A stretch of DNA of 62,541 nucleotides, the filler included, from Vannella sp. (lineage: Eukaryota), in assembly GCA_023345925.1 (NCBI GenBank). It is 7 parts of 7 records of this genome, joined end to end, with 100 filler letters (N's around TTAATTAATTAA, not from the genome) between each part and the next. Parts side by side here need not be neighbours in the genome. Positions count along the whole stretch, not along the records: positions 42,805 to 47,258 come from JAJQQN010000268.1; positions 47,359 to 54,704 come from JAJQQN010000500.1; positions 54,805 to 62,541 come from JAJQQN010001297.1; 4 more parts are not named here. The stretch is one strand, 5' to 3'. Position 1 is the first letter of the stretch; every line of letters starts with the position of its first letter. Of this stretch, positions 46,123-56,986 are shown piece after piece. The notes beneath the pieces are model-generated. The model saw only the letters and a list, made by a program, of their open reading frames with translations. It searched no databases and was not told the origin of the DNA. Made by a program: the position numbers and the translations under genes.

Positions 46123-47258
46123 TTACTGGGGGTTGGTGATGAGCCCGTTCGCGGTGTTGAACAGGTTAATAGGAGAGTTGCCGTCGGTAATGAGGAGACT
46201 CTTGATGCCCAAGCCTTCCAGGAGCTTGGCTTGCATCTCAGGTCCAGCCTGGGCAATGGCAGCGATGGTGTCCCGTCCAATGGCGGAGATTGTCTTCTTG
46301 AACTTCTCGCTCTCAATCTTAGCAAAGCCTGCTGCACGCTCAATCTCCAGCAGATCCATGCGTGTGCGGTATTCAATCTCGGCCTGCTGTCGGGCTGTTT
46401 CGGCATCCAAGTCGTTCTCGTTGAGGATCTTGGAAGACTCTGCTTTCAGGGAAGCGAGGGTGACAGCAGATTGGCCTTCGATTTGGGCTGCTTCCGAACG
46501 GGCCTTGGCCTCCGCGGTAGCTTGACCGGTACTCTCGACAGCGGCACTGGCAGCTTGCAATTGCAGAAGATCCTTTCGGGCCTTCTCAGCCTCAGCTTCA
46601 TCTTGGATCTTCTGTCGCTCCAAACGACCGCGAGCTTCCTGCTCCACTCGCTCTGCCTCATGGCGGGCAGCGGCTTCCTGGGACTTTGTGGTGATCTCAA
46701 TGGCCAATTGGACAGACTTCTGGAGAGAGTCTCGAGTTCTCTGGTCCACAGGCTCGACAGACTGGATGTCGATGTTGGTGATGCAAAGGTCGTTCGCTCC
46801 GAACTGGAACTCTTTGTTGATCTTCCCGTTCTCATCTGTTCCGAACACAGCCTTGCGGATAAGGCGAGCAGAGAACTTGTGGAACTCGTCAAAAGCGACG
46901 GAAGCAACAGCACCACGAATGTTGGAAGCCATCGCCTTGCAAGCGTCTCCAACAAAGTCAGGGACTTGGAAGAGCTTGTCGCTAGATCCTTTGCTGGTCT
47001 TGAAGTACCAGTTGTAAGAGAGTTGGAGCTGAAGGCGAGCGTGGTCAGAGGTCTCGACGATGACAACGTCGGTCATGAACTCAGGTCCCAGTTGGAGGCA
47101 AAGAGCCTTGATGACATGAGGGCGCTTGGGCTTGCTTCCAGAGAGACTGAGGATTGTAAAGTGCTCATCAGGGTGCAACATGACCAGTTCAGGGCCGAAG
47201 ATTGTGCGAGACTTCTTGTTGATGTAATCGTAGATTTGGACAGCAGAGTTGCGGGGCA
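46123..47258 (-). CDS. MVP: Major vault protein, C-terminal part (5' truncated)
   Basis: [70 protein letters not shown]. Confidence 0.97.
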
Positions 47259-47358
47259 NNNNNNNNNNNNNNNNNNNNNNNNNNNNNNNNNNNNNNNNNN
47301 NNTTAATTAATTAANNNNNNNNNNNNNNNNNNNNNNNNNNNNNNNNNNNNNNNNNNNN
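47259..47358. other. Artificial contig linker
   Basis: N-run / TTAATTAATTAA / N-run. Confidence 0.97.
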
Positions 47359-47451
47359 CGCGATCGGTAATGAAACCACGTGACCCAGCGAAACTTTCGG
47401 ATTTTTTCGTTTTTTGCTCTGCTGAAGCTCCTTTTTTTACGTAGCTCCGCT

Positions 47452-47945
47452 ATGGTACGTTCCACAGACTGTCTCACCCTTGTTGCTAACACCATTTCCA
47501 GCCCACTCGCTTCAGCAAGAACAGAAAGAAGAGAGGACACGTAAGTGCCGGTCACGGTCGCGTTGGCAAGCACAGGAAGCATCCCGGAGGTCGCGGTAAT
47601 GCCGGTGGCCAGCACCACCACCGTATCTTGATGGACAAGTACCATCCCGGTTACTTCGGAAAGGTCGGAATGAGATACTACCACAAGACTCAGAACAAGT
47701 TCTTCTGCCCCACCGTCAACATCGATCGCCTGTGGACTCTCGTCACCGAGCAGCAGCGATTGTCTGCTGATAAGGACAAATCAGACAAGGTTCCCGTGAT
47801 TGATGTCACCAAGGCTGGTTTCCACAAAGTTTTGGGCAAGGGGCGTCTCCCCTCTACCCCCGTTATCATCAAAGCCAAGTTCTTCAGCTCCAAGGCCGAG
47901 CAGAAGATCAAGGCCATTGGTGGTGCCTGTGTGTTGACCGCTTAA
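47452..47945 (+). CDS. RPL27A: 60S ribosomal protein L27a (uL15); ATG-only first exon
   Basis: [33 protein letters not shown]...[14 protein letters not shown]...GGACVLTA. Confidence 0.97.
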
Positions 47946-48083
47946 GGTATTCCGCAAATAAATACTTAAATCAAGTGTAGTAGGCATGGGAAGCACGGAT
48001 GAGAAACACCGTCATCCTCATTTACACCCCGAGTTACAAAGGAAGAACTTGAGCTGTGGTTGATAAAGATATTATTCTATGAC

Positions 48084-48532
48084 TTATCCTCCCGTGACCT
48101 TCTTAACCAGATCTCGGAGGGTGAAGAAGAACCAACGGAGGCAGAGGGGAATCATGAAGCAAAGACAGATGAGGACCATCAGGCACGTAATGATGAACCC
48201 AATCAGTCCTCCTGCTTGGCGTCCAGGTCCGACGGAGGTGATGACACCGTTGCTGGGTTTGCGGAAGTTATTGTTCTGTTGTTGTCCAGGGGACACAGCT
48301 ACGGGTGAAAAATTCACTGGGGAAGCTAACGCTTCTTTGTCCCACCCGAGTTGGAAGTTCTTGAAGGCATCTTGAGCAAGAGATTAGCATCCCCTTCGGT
48401 GCATGGATTCTGGTGACCTTACCTTCTGCGTACGCCGAATGGGCAAGAAGCACCACAATCACGAATGATAGAGTTGCAACGACTAGATAACGTCAGCAGG
48501 TAAAGCTGGAGAATGGCGTGCGTACCTCTCAT
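48084..48532 (-). CDS. Small type-I membrane protein (signal peptide + Cys-containing TM), 3 exons
   Basis: Spliced MRVVATLSFVIVVLLAHSAYAE...LIGFIITCLMVLICLCFMIPLCL...KKVTGG. Confidence 0.6.
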
Positions 48533-48616
48533 CTGGTGGGAGCGGGAAGAAAAAGTGACCAGAAACCGCCACCAATCACCGACGCCACTTCCCAAATGGG
48601 CACTAAAGAAAACAAT

Positions 48617-50719
48617 TTATTCATCATCATCCCCAGCGCCTCTTCTTTGTTTTGATGGTGCGACTTTCTTGGTGAGAATTTCGCGCTGGGTCTTGGAGTC
48701 GCAAACAGTAATGAATTTTCTGTACAGGTAGTCTGCGTCAATGAGCACTTGCTGAGCGTTCATTGTTCCCGAAGTTGAATTGATATGCTAAGGGGAGGTG
48801 AGCAAGAGATTGGCGTCACCAGGCGTTATACACACCCGAAGAATATCATCAAACTCCATATTTTCCGCCAGAATCTGCTCCTTGTTTTGCAAGAGCATAG
48901 CCAAACAAACAAAGAGATTGTGTTGAGGGGTATAGTGATCTGACCAAAGGACTTCCCAAATCATTTGAACAGATTCAAGAGGGAACTCCCGCTTGAAAAC
49001 GATTAACAACCACTTGAAGCAGAAGAACATATTCGTGCCGTTGACCTCGAGGAGGTGCTTGTAGAAAGGAGAGTCCATGTTCTTAACAATATCTGAGAGC
49101 TGCGAAAGTTGGGTGTGCATTCCGACCTGATTCCGGTCAAAGTTCTTCATCTGCGTTCCCATTGAAGTGATCTTAGTGACTTATTGTCGCAAAGCTGGCT
49201 TGAAACATACCACTCGATCCATGAACCCTTTGAAGCACCAAAACGCATCGACCTCATCCTGCAGGACAACAAGAAGAACGGAGACGAGATCGTTCATGCC
49301 TTGGACATATCCGATGTCAAAGTTGAAGAAGGAGTAGTTCAGGAGGATCCTGTAGATCTCTTGAAGCTGAGGAGAATCATCGCTCTCATATAATGGCCAG
49401 GTGCGGTCCGTTCGGATGACATCCTTGTCAATTCTCTCTTTGAGAGAGCGGAATTTGGTAAAGTGGGACTCTTGCTCCTCTGTGATGGTCTGCCATTGAC
49501 TAGTGTAGATGCTATACTCCACTTCTTTCTGTTGACGAATGAGTTCCCTCTCCTGGAAGGTGCTGTCCGCTGGGTAGTACTTGAGGAGATACTTCCACAC
49601 CTCAGGACGGAGGGATGGCTCCATTCCCTGGAAGCAGGCTATGAGATTAGGACTCCATGAGAGTGTCAGATAGACTCACTCCGTGGTAGACGGTATCCCG
49701 CACAAAGTCAAAGTTTCGGAGTCTCCCGACCGAGTCAAAGCAGTTGATCCACTGTTCACTGGTGAGAGGTGTACCCAATGGAAGTTTGTGCACAGTCTCC
49801 TCAGCAAGATTGAGCCGATCAACATCCTGAGAGGTGGCAAAGGTGAGATTGGCCAGCAGAGGGACGGGGGGCTCGTACGGGAGGGTGGGGGACCATTTCA
49901 AAGTCCTCTGAGTTGATGGAAGATACGCTATTACTGAGTGAATCACCTCTGGCCTCCTCGTCGGCATCACTTTGAACTGGGAGGTTTGTGAGACATTATG
50001 CACCGTTGGGAGAGAAGCAGGGCCTACAAGCATGGGCCAGGCGTCGCACGTTATTGATTATGCTCCATCCTGCTCCCTTTACGATCGTTAGGCAACCACT
50101 AAACGGCCTCTACTGGAAGATGCCCGCGTACCTGGACGAGAGGGAGTGCATCACGAACAGTAGACAACTGTGGAGACGATTGTGCGGGTTGAAAGGGTCT
50201 AAGGTCTCCAGAGGGCATCTCTGAGGGAGGAGGGGGCAAGTGGAAGCCAAAGGGTAGACTAGAGAAGCTCAGGGAGTAGAGATCCGGATCGCTTTGAGAG
50301 GGGCTGAGGCGGATCATCTGTTGGAGGATCTTGATGAGCTCCCTTACACCCCCTTCATAGAAGTAGAAGGGTAGGAGGTGGACTTGATCAGTCACAATGA
50401 TGTGAAGGCTGGGATTTCCAAACTTGGGGAAGCTCTGGCGCACCGTGAGGATGTCAGCCAGAGGCACCCGCATAGCAAAGATATCCGGACGGAGACGAGG
50501 AGCCATGATGGTGTCTATCAGAGGGTCAGCTAAGATCTATTCAAGGTCATGCGAACCTGATGTGCTCAATTGGTTCGCCTCCAAGAGGGAATAGGGCGTC
50601 CATGTTATGCACGGTACTGAGTCATCAATCACTGACAAGTAGCCCGGAATCCCCTCCTGGTACAGTCCATCCGGGAACATAAAGACATTCCGCATGCAGT
50701 AATACGTTGTCGCTGTCAT
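48617..50719 (-). CDS. TBC1D15/Gyp7-like Rab GAP, multi-exon
   Basis: N-terminal GYLSV...WTPY and PFYFYEGG; LRPEVWKYLL, IDKDVIRTDR, GYVQGMNDL, FCFKWLLIVFKREF. Confidence 0.92.
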
Positions 50720-50784
50720 GACAGAGAAGTAATGAGGACCTTCATAACAATGACATAGGCCTTGTGTCTCAATCTGGCATTTTA

Positions 50785-51470
50785 ATGGACACTTTCTTTG
50801 GGGACCACGGCATCGTCGTCAAGGACGTCCCTTTTGGCCTCAGTCTGGCGGATAAGCCATCGATAGAGGATGTCCGAGCCGTTCGGGAGGAGCTGGAGCA
50901 GTATGATGGCTTTGTGCTGCCGGAAGACTACGCTCAGTTCTGCCTCGCGAATGGGGGAGGGACGCTTGGTCGGGTGAAGATGTGAGTTTGGCTCTTCGGC
51001 CCAAGATGAGTCACTCAGCCTTCTCTAGCTTCTTACCCATGGGAGAGAACATCTCGCCCTTAGACTTACGTTTCCATACCATCCGTTTGAAGACCAAGTT
51101 TGAAGACGAGGAGTTCCAAATCCTTCACTCCTTCCCTTTGAAGAAGATGGTCGTCTTTGGGGTTGATGTGATCCAGCACCTATGGTTCGGTTGGTGCCAT
51201 GGAGTAGAGAAGCATCAAGGAAAGATCTTTGCCTTCCAGGAGGATTCACGAGGTCCCCCAGCCACTCACGTGGCCGATAACTTCATGGAGTTCCTTGAGG
51301 AGGTTGCCATTGGAGACCGAATGATAGAAGATGAGGTTGAGCGACTCCTCGAACCCCGAAACTCGATCCCAAGCGACTACGATCGCTTTGATCGCGAAGA
51401 GGACCGAGAACAAGACGACTATCATCCTCCCAAGACCTTCGTTCCTTTCCCTGGCAGACCCAAGTTGTAG
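50785..51470 (+). CDS. SMI1/KNR4 (SUKH superfamily) domain protein; intron 50982-51028
   Basis: PSIEDV...E...GFVLPEDYAQFCLANGGG, VVFGVD, GKIFAF, HVADNFMEFLE. Confidence 0.8.
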
Positions 51471-51635
51471 GTGATTTCAACTCATAAAGCAAGTGCTCCA
51501 CTTTAGGGTGCCAAAACAGCATTGCAAAAAAGCAATTATGGGTTGCCTAAACTACAATCACACGTTTATCGCATGTTTATTGCAAGATAATAGCTGACCA
51601 TTCTTTCCTGGGAGCTGTGGACCCGAACGAGGGCC

Positions 51636-53774
51636 ATGGATGACAGGGCGAAGAAATTGGCTGTGGGTGGGGCGGGGGCACTTGCGGTATGGGCGGCTTA
51701 CAAACAGATTCGAGGCTTCCAACGGCGAGCAAAGGCATCCGCCCTTCCATCCACTCCAGAGGAGATCGCCCATTCCCAAAAGTCTTCGCGTGGTCGCATT
51801 AACGCTGTGTTTGTGGAGGAGCTCCGCGACCTCTTGAGCATCGTTTTGCCTTCCTTATACTGCAAGGAGTCCCTCTTGTTGGCCCTGCACACCTGCGCTC
51901 TCGTCTTTCGCACTTTCCTCAGCATTCAAGTGGCTAGTCTTGACGGGAAGATCGTCAAGACCATTGTAGATCGCGACCAAAATGCTTTCATCAAGCGAAT
52001 AGCGCAATGGCTTCTCTTGGCTATCCCTGCCACCTACACTAACAGCATGATCCGCTTCCTCGAGAGTAAACTGGCCATTGCCTTCCGTACAAAGCTTACT
52101 ATGCACCTATACGAACTCTACATGGACCGAGACACCTACTATCGCGTTGAGAACCTGGACAATCGCCTCGCTAACGCAGACCAGTGTCTAACAGAGGATG
52201 TCTCGCGGTTCTGTGGGACTCTGGCCCATCTGCATTCACAAGTATCAAAGCCCGCGCTTGATGTTGTTCTGATGACCTGCCAGCTCTTTGCATTGAACGC
52301 GAGCATCCAGGAGACTCGAAGACAGCAGGTAACCACCTCCGTTCTCCCTGCCCTTCTCGCTAGTGTTACAGTTTGGCTTACGGCTCGCGTACTCAAGTTT
52401 GTCTCTCCACCTTTTGGTCGCCTTGTGGCGCATCAGGCCGAGCTGGAAGGCGAATTCCGCTACGCCCACTCGCGGTTGATAACAAATGCGGAGGAGATCG
52501 CCTTCTATGATGGCCACCAGGTTGAGAAGGCTCATCTCAAGCGTGCTTACTTACGGCTGATCAAGCATATGAACAAGATCTTCAAACTTCGCATCTTCTA
52601 CAACATGGCGGAGGGATTCCTCATGAAGTACTTCTGGAGTGCAGCTGGCCTCCTCATGATCGCCATTCCTGCCTTCACCAACACCAAAGCGAGCGTAAGC
52701 GCACGTACACAGGACTTCATTGTGGCTCGTGGCCTTCTGATCAGTGCTGCCGACGCGATCGAGCGGATCATGTCGTCCTACAAGGAGCTGACAGAGCTGA
52801 CTGGCTACACTTCTCGTGTGGCTGAGATGATTCGTGTGTTCCGTGAGGTCCATGATGGGAAGTACCAGAAGGCCACTGTCAGCGTGGAAGGAGAAAAGTC
52901 AAACCTTTCTGGCTCGATCATCCGCGAGCGTGGAGAGGTGAGTGAAGGCACTTACATTGAGTTTGATGAAGTCCCCATTGTCTCCCCTAATGGTGATGTG
53001 CTGGTGGAAGCTCTCTCCTTCGTGGCCAAGCCAGGAATGCACATTCTCATTTCTGGGCCAAACGGTTGTGGCAAGTCCTCTCTCTTCCGGATCTTGGGCG
53101 GACTGTGGCCAGCTTGTGGTGGCCGCTTGATCAAACCTGAGCGAGGTCGCTTATTCTACATCCCTCAACGCCCTTACCTTTGTGCCGGAACCCTGCGGCA
53201 GCAGATCATCTACCCCGACTCCGTGGAGCAGTTCCGTGCCAAGGGCTTTACGGATGACCACCTGAACGAGATCATGCAATGGGTACACTTGCGGAAGATC
53301 GTACGACGAGAGGGAGGCTGGGACTCCGTCACGGAATGGCAAGACGTTCTCTCTGGGGGAGAGAAGCAGCGAGTCGGGATGGCACGCATCTTCTATCACA
53401 AGCCTTCGTACGCTATCTTAGATGAGTGCACCAGTGCTGTGTCCATCGATGTGGAGGGATTCATGTATAACAAAGCAAAGGAACTTGGCATCACGTTGCT
53501 CACTGTAACCCACCGCCCCTCCCTCTGGAAGTATCACGACCACCTCCTCCAGTTTGATGGACAAGGCGGTTGGAAGTTTGAACGCCTCAGCGACGCTAAG
53601 CGGGGAACCCTCAAAGAAGAGAAGACCCAGCTCGAGGCCCAACTGAGCGGAGTCCCTGCCATGCAGAAGCGCCTCAGCGAGCTGTGCGATCTCCTTGGCG
53701 AGACTTCTATCCTCACTGGAGCAGAAGAGGAAGAACCAGCCTCAGCCACCTACGAGGACGAACGAGATGAGTGA
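51636..53774 (+). CDS. Peroxisomal ABC transporter (ABCD family)
   Basis: NADQCLTEDV, NAEEIAFYDG, GPNGCGKSSLFR, LSGGEKQR, LDECTSAVS. Confidence 0.95.
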   Translation: MDDRAKKLAVGGAGALAVWAAYKQIRGFQRRAKASALPSTPEEIAHSQKSSRGRINAVFVEELRDLLSIVLPSLYCKESLLLALHTCALVFRTFLSIQVASLDGKIVKTIVDRDQNAFIKRIAQWLLLAIPATYTNSMIRFLESKLAIAFRTKLTMHLYELYMDRDTYYRVENLDNRLANADQCLTEDVSRFCGTLAHLHSQVSKPALDVVLMTCQLFALNASIQETRRQQVTTSVLPALLASVTVWLTARVLKFVSPPFGRLVAHQAELEGEFRYAHSRLITNAEEIAFYDGHQVEKAHLKRAYLRLIKHMNKIFKLRIFYNMAEGFLMKYFWSAAGLLMIAIPAFTNTKASVSARTQDFIVARGLLISAADAIERIMSSYKELTELTGYTSRVAEMIRVFREVHDGKYQKATVSVEGEKSNLSGSIIRERGEVSEGTYIEFDEVPIVSPNGDVLVEALSFVAKPGMHILISGPNGCGKSSLFRILGGLWPACGGRLIKPERGRLFYIPQRPYLCAGTLRQQIIYPDSVEQFRAKGFTDDHLNEIMQWVHLRKIVRREGGWDSVTEWQDVLSGGEKQRVGMARIFYHKPSYAILDECTSAVSIDVEGFMYNKAKELGITLLTVTHRPSLWKYHDHLLQFDGQGGWKFERLSDAKRGTLKEEKTQLEAQLSGVPAMQKRLSELCDLLGETSILTGAEEEEPASATYEDERDE

Positions 53775-53857
53775 GAGCCACTCCCAGGTGAGGCTCGCTC
53801 TTGCCAATAAACACTTCTTGCGGCACTCTCGAACGCATGAACTACTTCCACGGGCCT

Positions 53858-54361
53858 TTAGTGGTGTATCTGGTTGCGCTCCGTCGCTAAAATCATCTTC
53901 AAACGGAAGGCGTCTTGCCCATTGAGATAGTACCGGGTCAGGCGCTTGTCCCGGAGGAAGCCCAGGTTCTCGTACAGGTTGAGTGCACCTCGATTAGTCA
54001 CTTCTGCTTCGAGCACCACCTCGTGGCTCCCAGCGAGCTCCATCTGTTTGATGGCCCTCACGACAAGCTCTGAGCCGATGCCTTTGTGGCGATGGGTGTG
54101 GGAAACAGCTAGCATGGCAATGTATCCCCTTTGTAAGCCCTTCCTTAGGTCTATACGGCTCACGATCGCGCCAACAGCCTTTTGAGAAACCAGATCGCGC
54201 GCTAACCAGCAAAGGTTGGGGCACTGGTGGATGAAGTAGCGGTACGTGTATACCGAGTAGGGTTCCGAGAGGGCCTCAGCCATCATCTCCATGATCTCAA
54301 CGAGCTGCTCTTCTCTTTCGTAGGGTTCGATCAGGACACCACACGCCTCATAGGCCTTCAT
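53858..54361 (-). CDS. NAA30: N-alpha-acetyltransferase 30 (NatC catalytic subunit, Mak3)
   Basis: LSEPYSVYTYRYF, RGYIAMLAV, VVLEAEVTN, RDKRLTRYYLNGQDAFRL. Confidence 0.95.
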   Translation of the reverse strand: MKAYEACGVLIEPYEREEQLVEIMEMMAEALSEPYSVYTYRYFIHQCPNLCWLARDLVSQKAVGAIVSRIDLRKGLQRGYIAMLAVSHTHRHKGIGSELVVRAIKQMELAGSHEVVLEAEVTNRGALNLYENLGFLRDKRLTRYYLNGQDAFRLKMILATERNQIHH

Positions 54362-54704
54362 CACCGCCAACCCAAATTGTAATGGCGTGAAGTTGTCACC
54401 CAACCCTCTTTTTCCAGATGATCCAATGAGGACCGGGCTTCGTTAACCACGCCCTCTGGCCTCATTGAAAAGTACCTCTAAATTTGATCGGGACCCTTGC
54501 GAATCATGTTTTAATATGTTTTTAAGAGGGCCATCTTTCCTCTTCAGACGAGAGGGTTGAGAGAAGCCAAAAAGTACCTTTACCAACTAATAAAGATAAA
54601 GTTCCAATAGCTACTCTCTATTACGCGTCCAGACCGAGTTTCTGAAAAAAAAAAAGTTTGGGAGTTTGGGGTAATTATTGAGCAATAAAGCGACTTTTTC
54701 CGAG

Positions 54705-54804
54705 NNNNNNNNNNNNNNNNNNNNNNNNNNNNNNNNNNNNNNNNNNNNTTAATTAATTAANNNNNNNNNNNNNNNNNNNNNNNNNNNNNNNNNNNNNNNN
54801 NNNN
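54705..54804. other. Artificial contig linker
   Basis: N-run / TTAATTAATTAA / N-run. Confidence 0.97.
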
Positions 54805-55529
54805 CCATGGCTCTCTACGGAGCGGTTCCTTTGATGATTGGAGCTCAAGAGCAACGTGGCGGCGCTGCTGGTGTGTTCTGGCTGAATGCAGAGAGCCAGA
54901 CTTGGTTTGAGAAGCTTCTATGACTCCGCCCGACAGTCTGTCTGTGCCGGTGACTGAAGATTTTCCGTATAAGCTCACAGAAGCAGTCTCAGAAGCACTT
55001 GACACCTTGGAAAGTGCTCCTGATGCAGTGGCAGAAGCACTTCCGGATGCAATCAGAAAAGGTGGCTTATATGCACTCAGAAAAGGTCTGAGTTTGAGAG
55101 ACACTCATCGAAGGAGTCTCGGAAGAATGTTCCAAACACACTTTCAGATAGTGTCACGGACGCTCTGACAGAGGGCGTCGGGGATCCACTGAAAAACAGA
55201 GTTTGAAAAAGCATTGGCGTTTTCCGCTGCAGACAGAAAGGGTCCCAGAAATAGAAGCTGAAGGTGCCTCGGATGCAGCAACAGAATTCAGCAATAGAAA
55301 GAGTCCCAGAAGTGGCCACAGTGAGAGTCTCGGGGAAAGGAAAGGTATCCTTCTCAGATGCAGTAGCCGAAGCAGTGATAATAGGAGTCTCGGAGGTTAT
55401 AGCACTGGCAGAGGGAGTATCAGAATCAGTCACAGATAGCGTTCCTGAAGTACTGATAGAAAATCTTCCTCCATTGAAGAATGAGCTGTAACCGGCGTGC
55501 AGTTCCACAAAATCCATGTTTGATAGCAT
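54805..55529 (-). pseudogene. Frameshifted Ser/Thr/Ala-rich repeat (mucin/surface-protein-like) remnant
   Basis: Recurrent SGTLSV / TASET / ASATAS units continue across different reading frames. Confidence 0.5.
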
Positions 55530-55889
55530 GGGCCCGTTTAATTGCCATTCCTTGGATGCTTTAGCGCCCTTTCAGCCGACGAACTTAGCACTATCAAACT
55601 CTGATAGCGTTTAGCGCATCGGAAAACAGGTCAATGTCCCTCTCGCACGCTGAGCGGTTCTTATTGACCCTGCAGTAAAAAAGTCCTGAGAATTAGATCG
55701 AATGAATGGATAACAGTACGGCACTGTTGTCTGAGACAGTGCTGCGGTGAAAATCAGAGTGCGGCAAACGAAACGTCTACTAACGCTCTCCCAACAAGGC
55801 GCCCTAGTCTCATGTCAAATGGGAGGTCGCAAGAAACTGGCCAAGATTGGTGATGCAAGCCGAAGGTAGAACGATGGATTTGGAGGGGT

Positions 55890-56607
55890 TTACGCTTGCC
55901 CTCTACAAAAGTAACATGAAGTAGCCGAGTGGACACATTTGAATAGAAGAACCGGTAAACAGTCTCCCATCGCGTCCTGCCAACGCTGTGGGAGAATGAA
56001 TCGGGTGACTCCTTCTCCCATTGGGGGAGAATAAGTCACAAGGAACTCCATTTTGCCTTTTTTGGATTTGGTGTCTGTGGGAGCATTTGGAGCCTGGTCT
56101 ACATCAATGACAGGAAGGAAGATGAGAATGGCATCGCCCTTAGAGTCATGCCGACAAGCCACAATATCAATGAGACTCGTGATGACTTCAAAACATTTCA
56201 GGTTGAATCCCATCGACCGCCAGCAAGTCGGGCCAGAACTTGTCGTAAAGCTCTGTAAGATATCTCCGAAGTCCATCTACCAAAGAGGCTAAGAGAAGAT
56301 GTGGTACCAATTGATCAAGATAGATCTCTTCCACTGGGAAACGATTCACTCCCACAAACATTCTGGGAACCTCCTTTCCCGGCCAAGGGCTTGTTCAAAA
56401 CAGTTTGCGAACTTTGCACATGTCAAAGGTAGGGGGTTTGATTCTTGGCAGACTTACGCACCATTGGCTTAAGCAATCGCGAGGAACAAAGAGCAATCTC
56501 GTGGCTTTGTTCGAGTTGAACTCCTGCCCAATTTTGAAGACTACAAAAGGAGTCACCGATTCCGTTTTTTTGGTATCAGAAACAGTTTCAGATGAGCTCA
56601 CACTCAA
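55890..56607 (-). pseudogene. Possible decayed gene remnant
   Basis: Short protein-like ORFs in shifting frames, with one plausible GT-AG intron near 56277-56307. No continuous frame. Confidence 0.3.
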
Positions 56608-56986
56608 GAGTGGCTTGAGCTCTCGCTGCTGCTCGATGTAGGACTTGTTGTGACGCTGAAGGAGCTGCTCGCGGTGCCAGAATAAGAGACGGTCTCTATC
56701 GGGCTGGAAGTTCTGCTTTCTGATAAGCTCGAAGAAGGCGACTGTGTACCTTCAGAATGGATGCTGGATGACCCTCACGGCGTTGTTTCTGATTGAGGTC
56801 TCACTCAAAGAGACGCTCACACTCTCCAAAGAGAGACCCTTCTACTGGTAGCAGGTATTTAGCTCTCAGTTTAAGTGAATGCAGAGCGTGTTGAAATGAG
56901 CAAAACGTTCAGCGAGTAAGTCTGGTGTAAATGGGGAAGCACGCTGATGGTCAGTGTTCTACTGGCTTCGTCCTAAAGTGATTAAG

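Noticed and set aside
12781..54804. Recurring TTAATTAATTAA flanked by N-runs as a biological repeat or CRISPR-like array
   Set aside because: Identical 100-nt spacer with stops in all frames: an artificial contig joiner.
55672..55695. AAAAAAGTCCTGAG as the inverted partner (TIR) of the motif upstream of the transposase
   Set aside because: The match is too short and does not extend.
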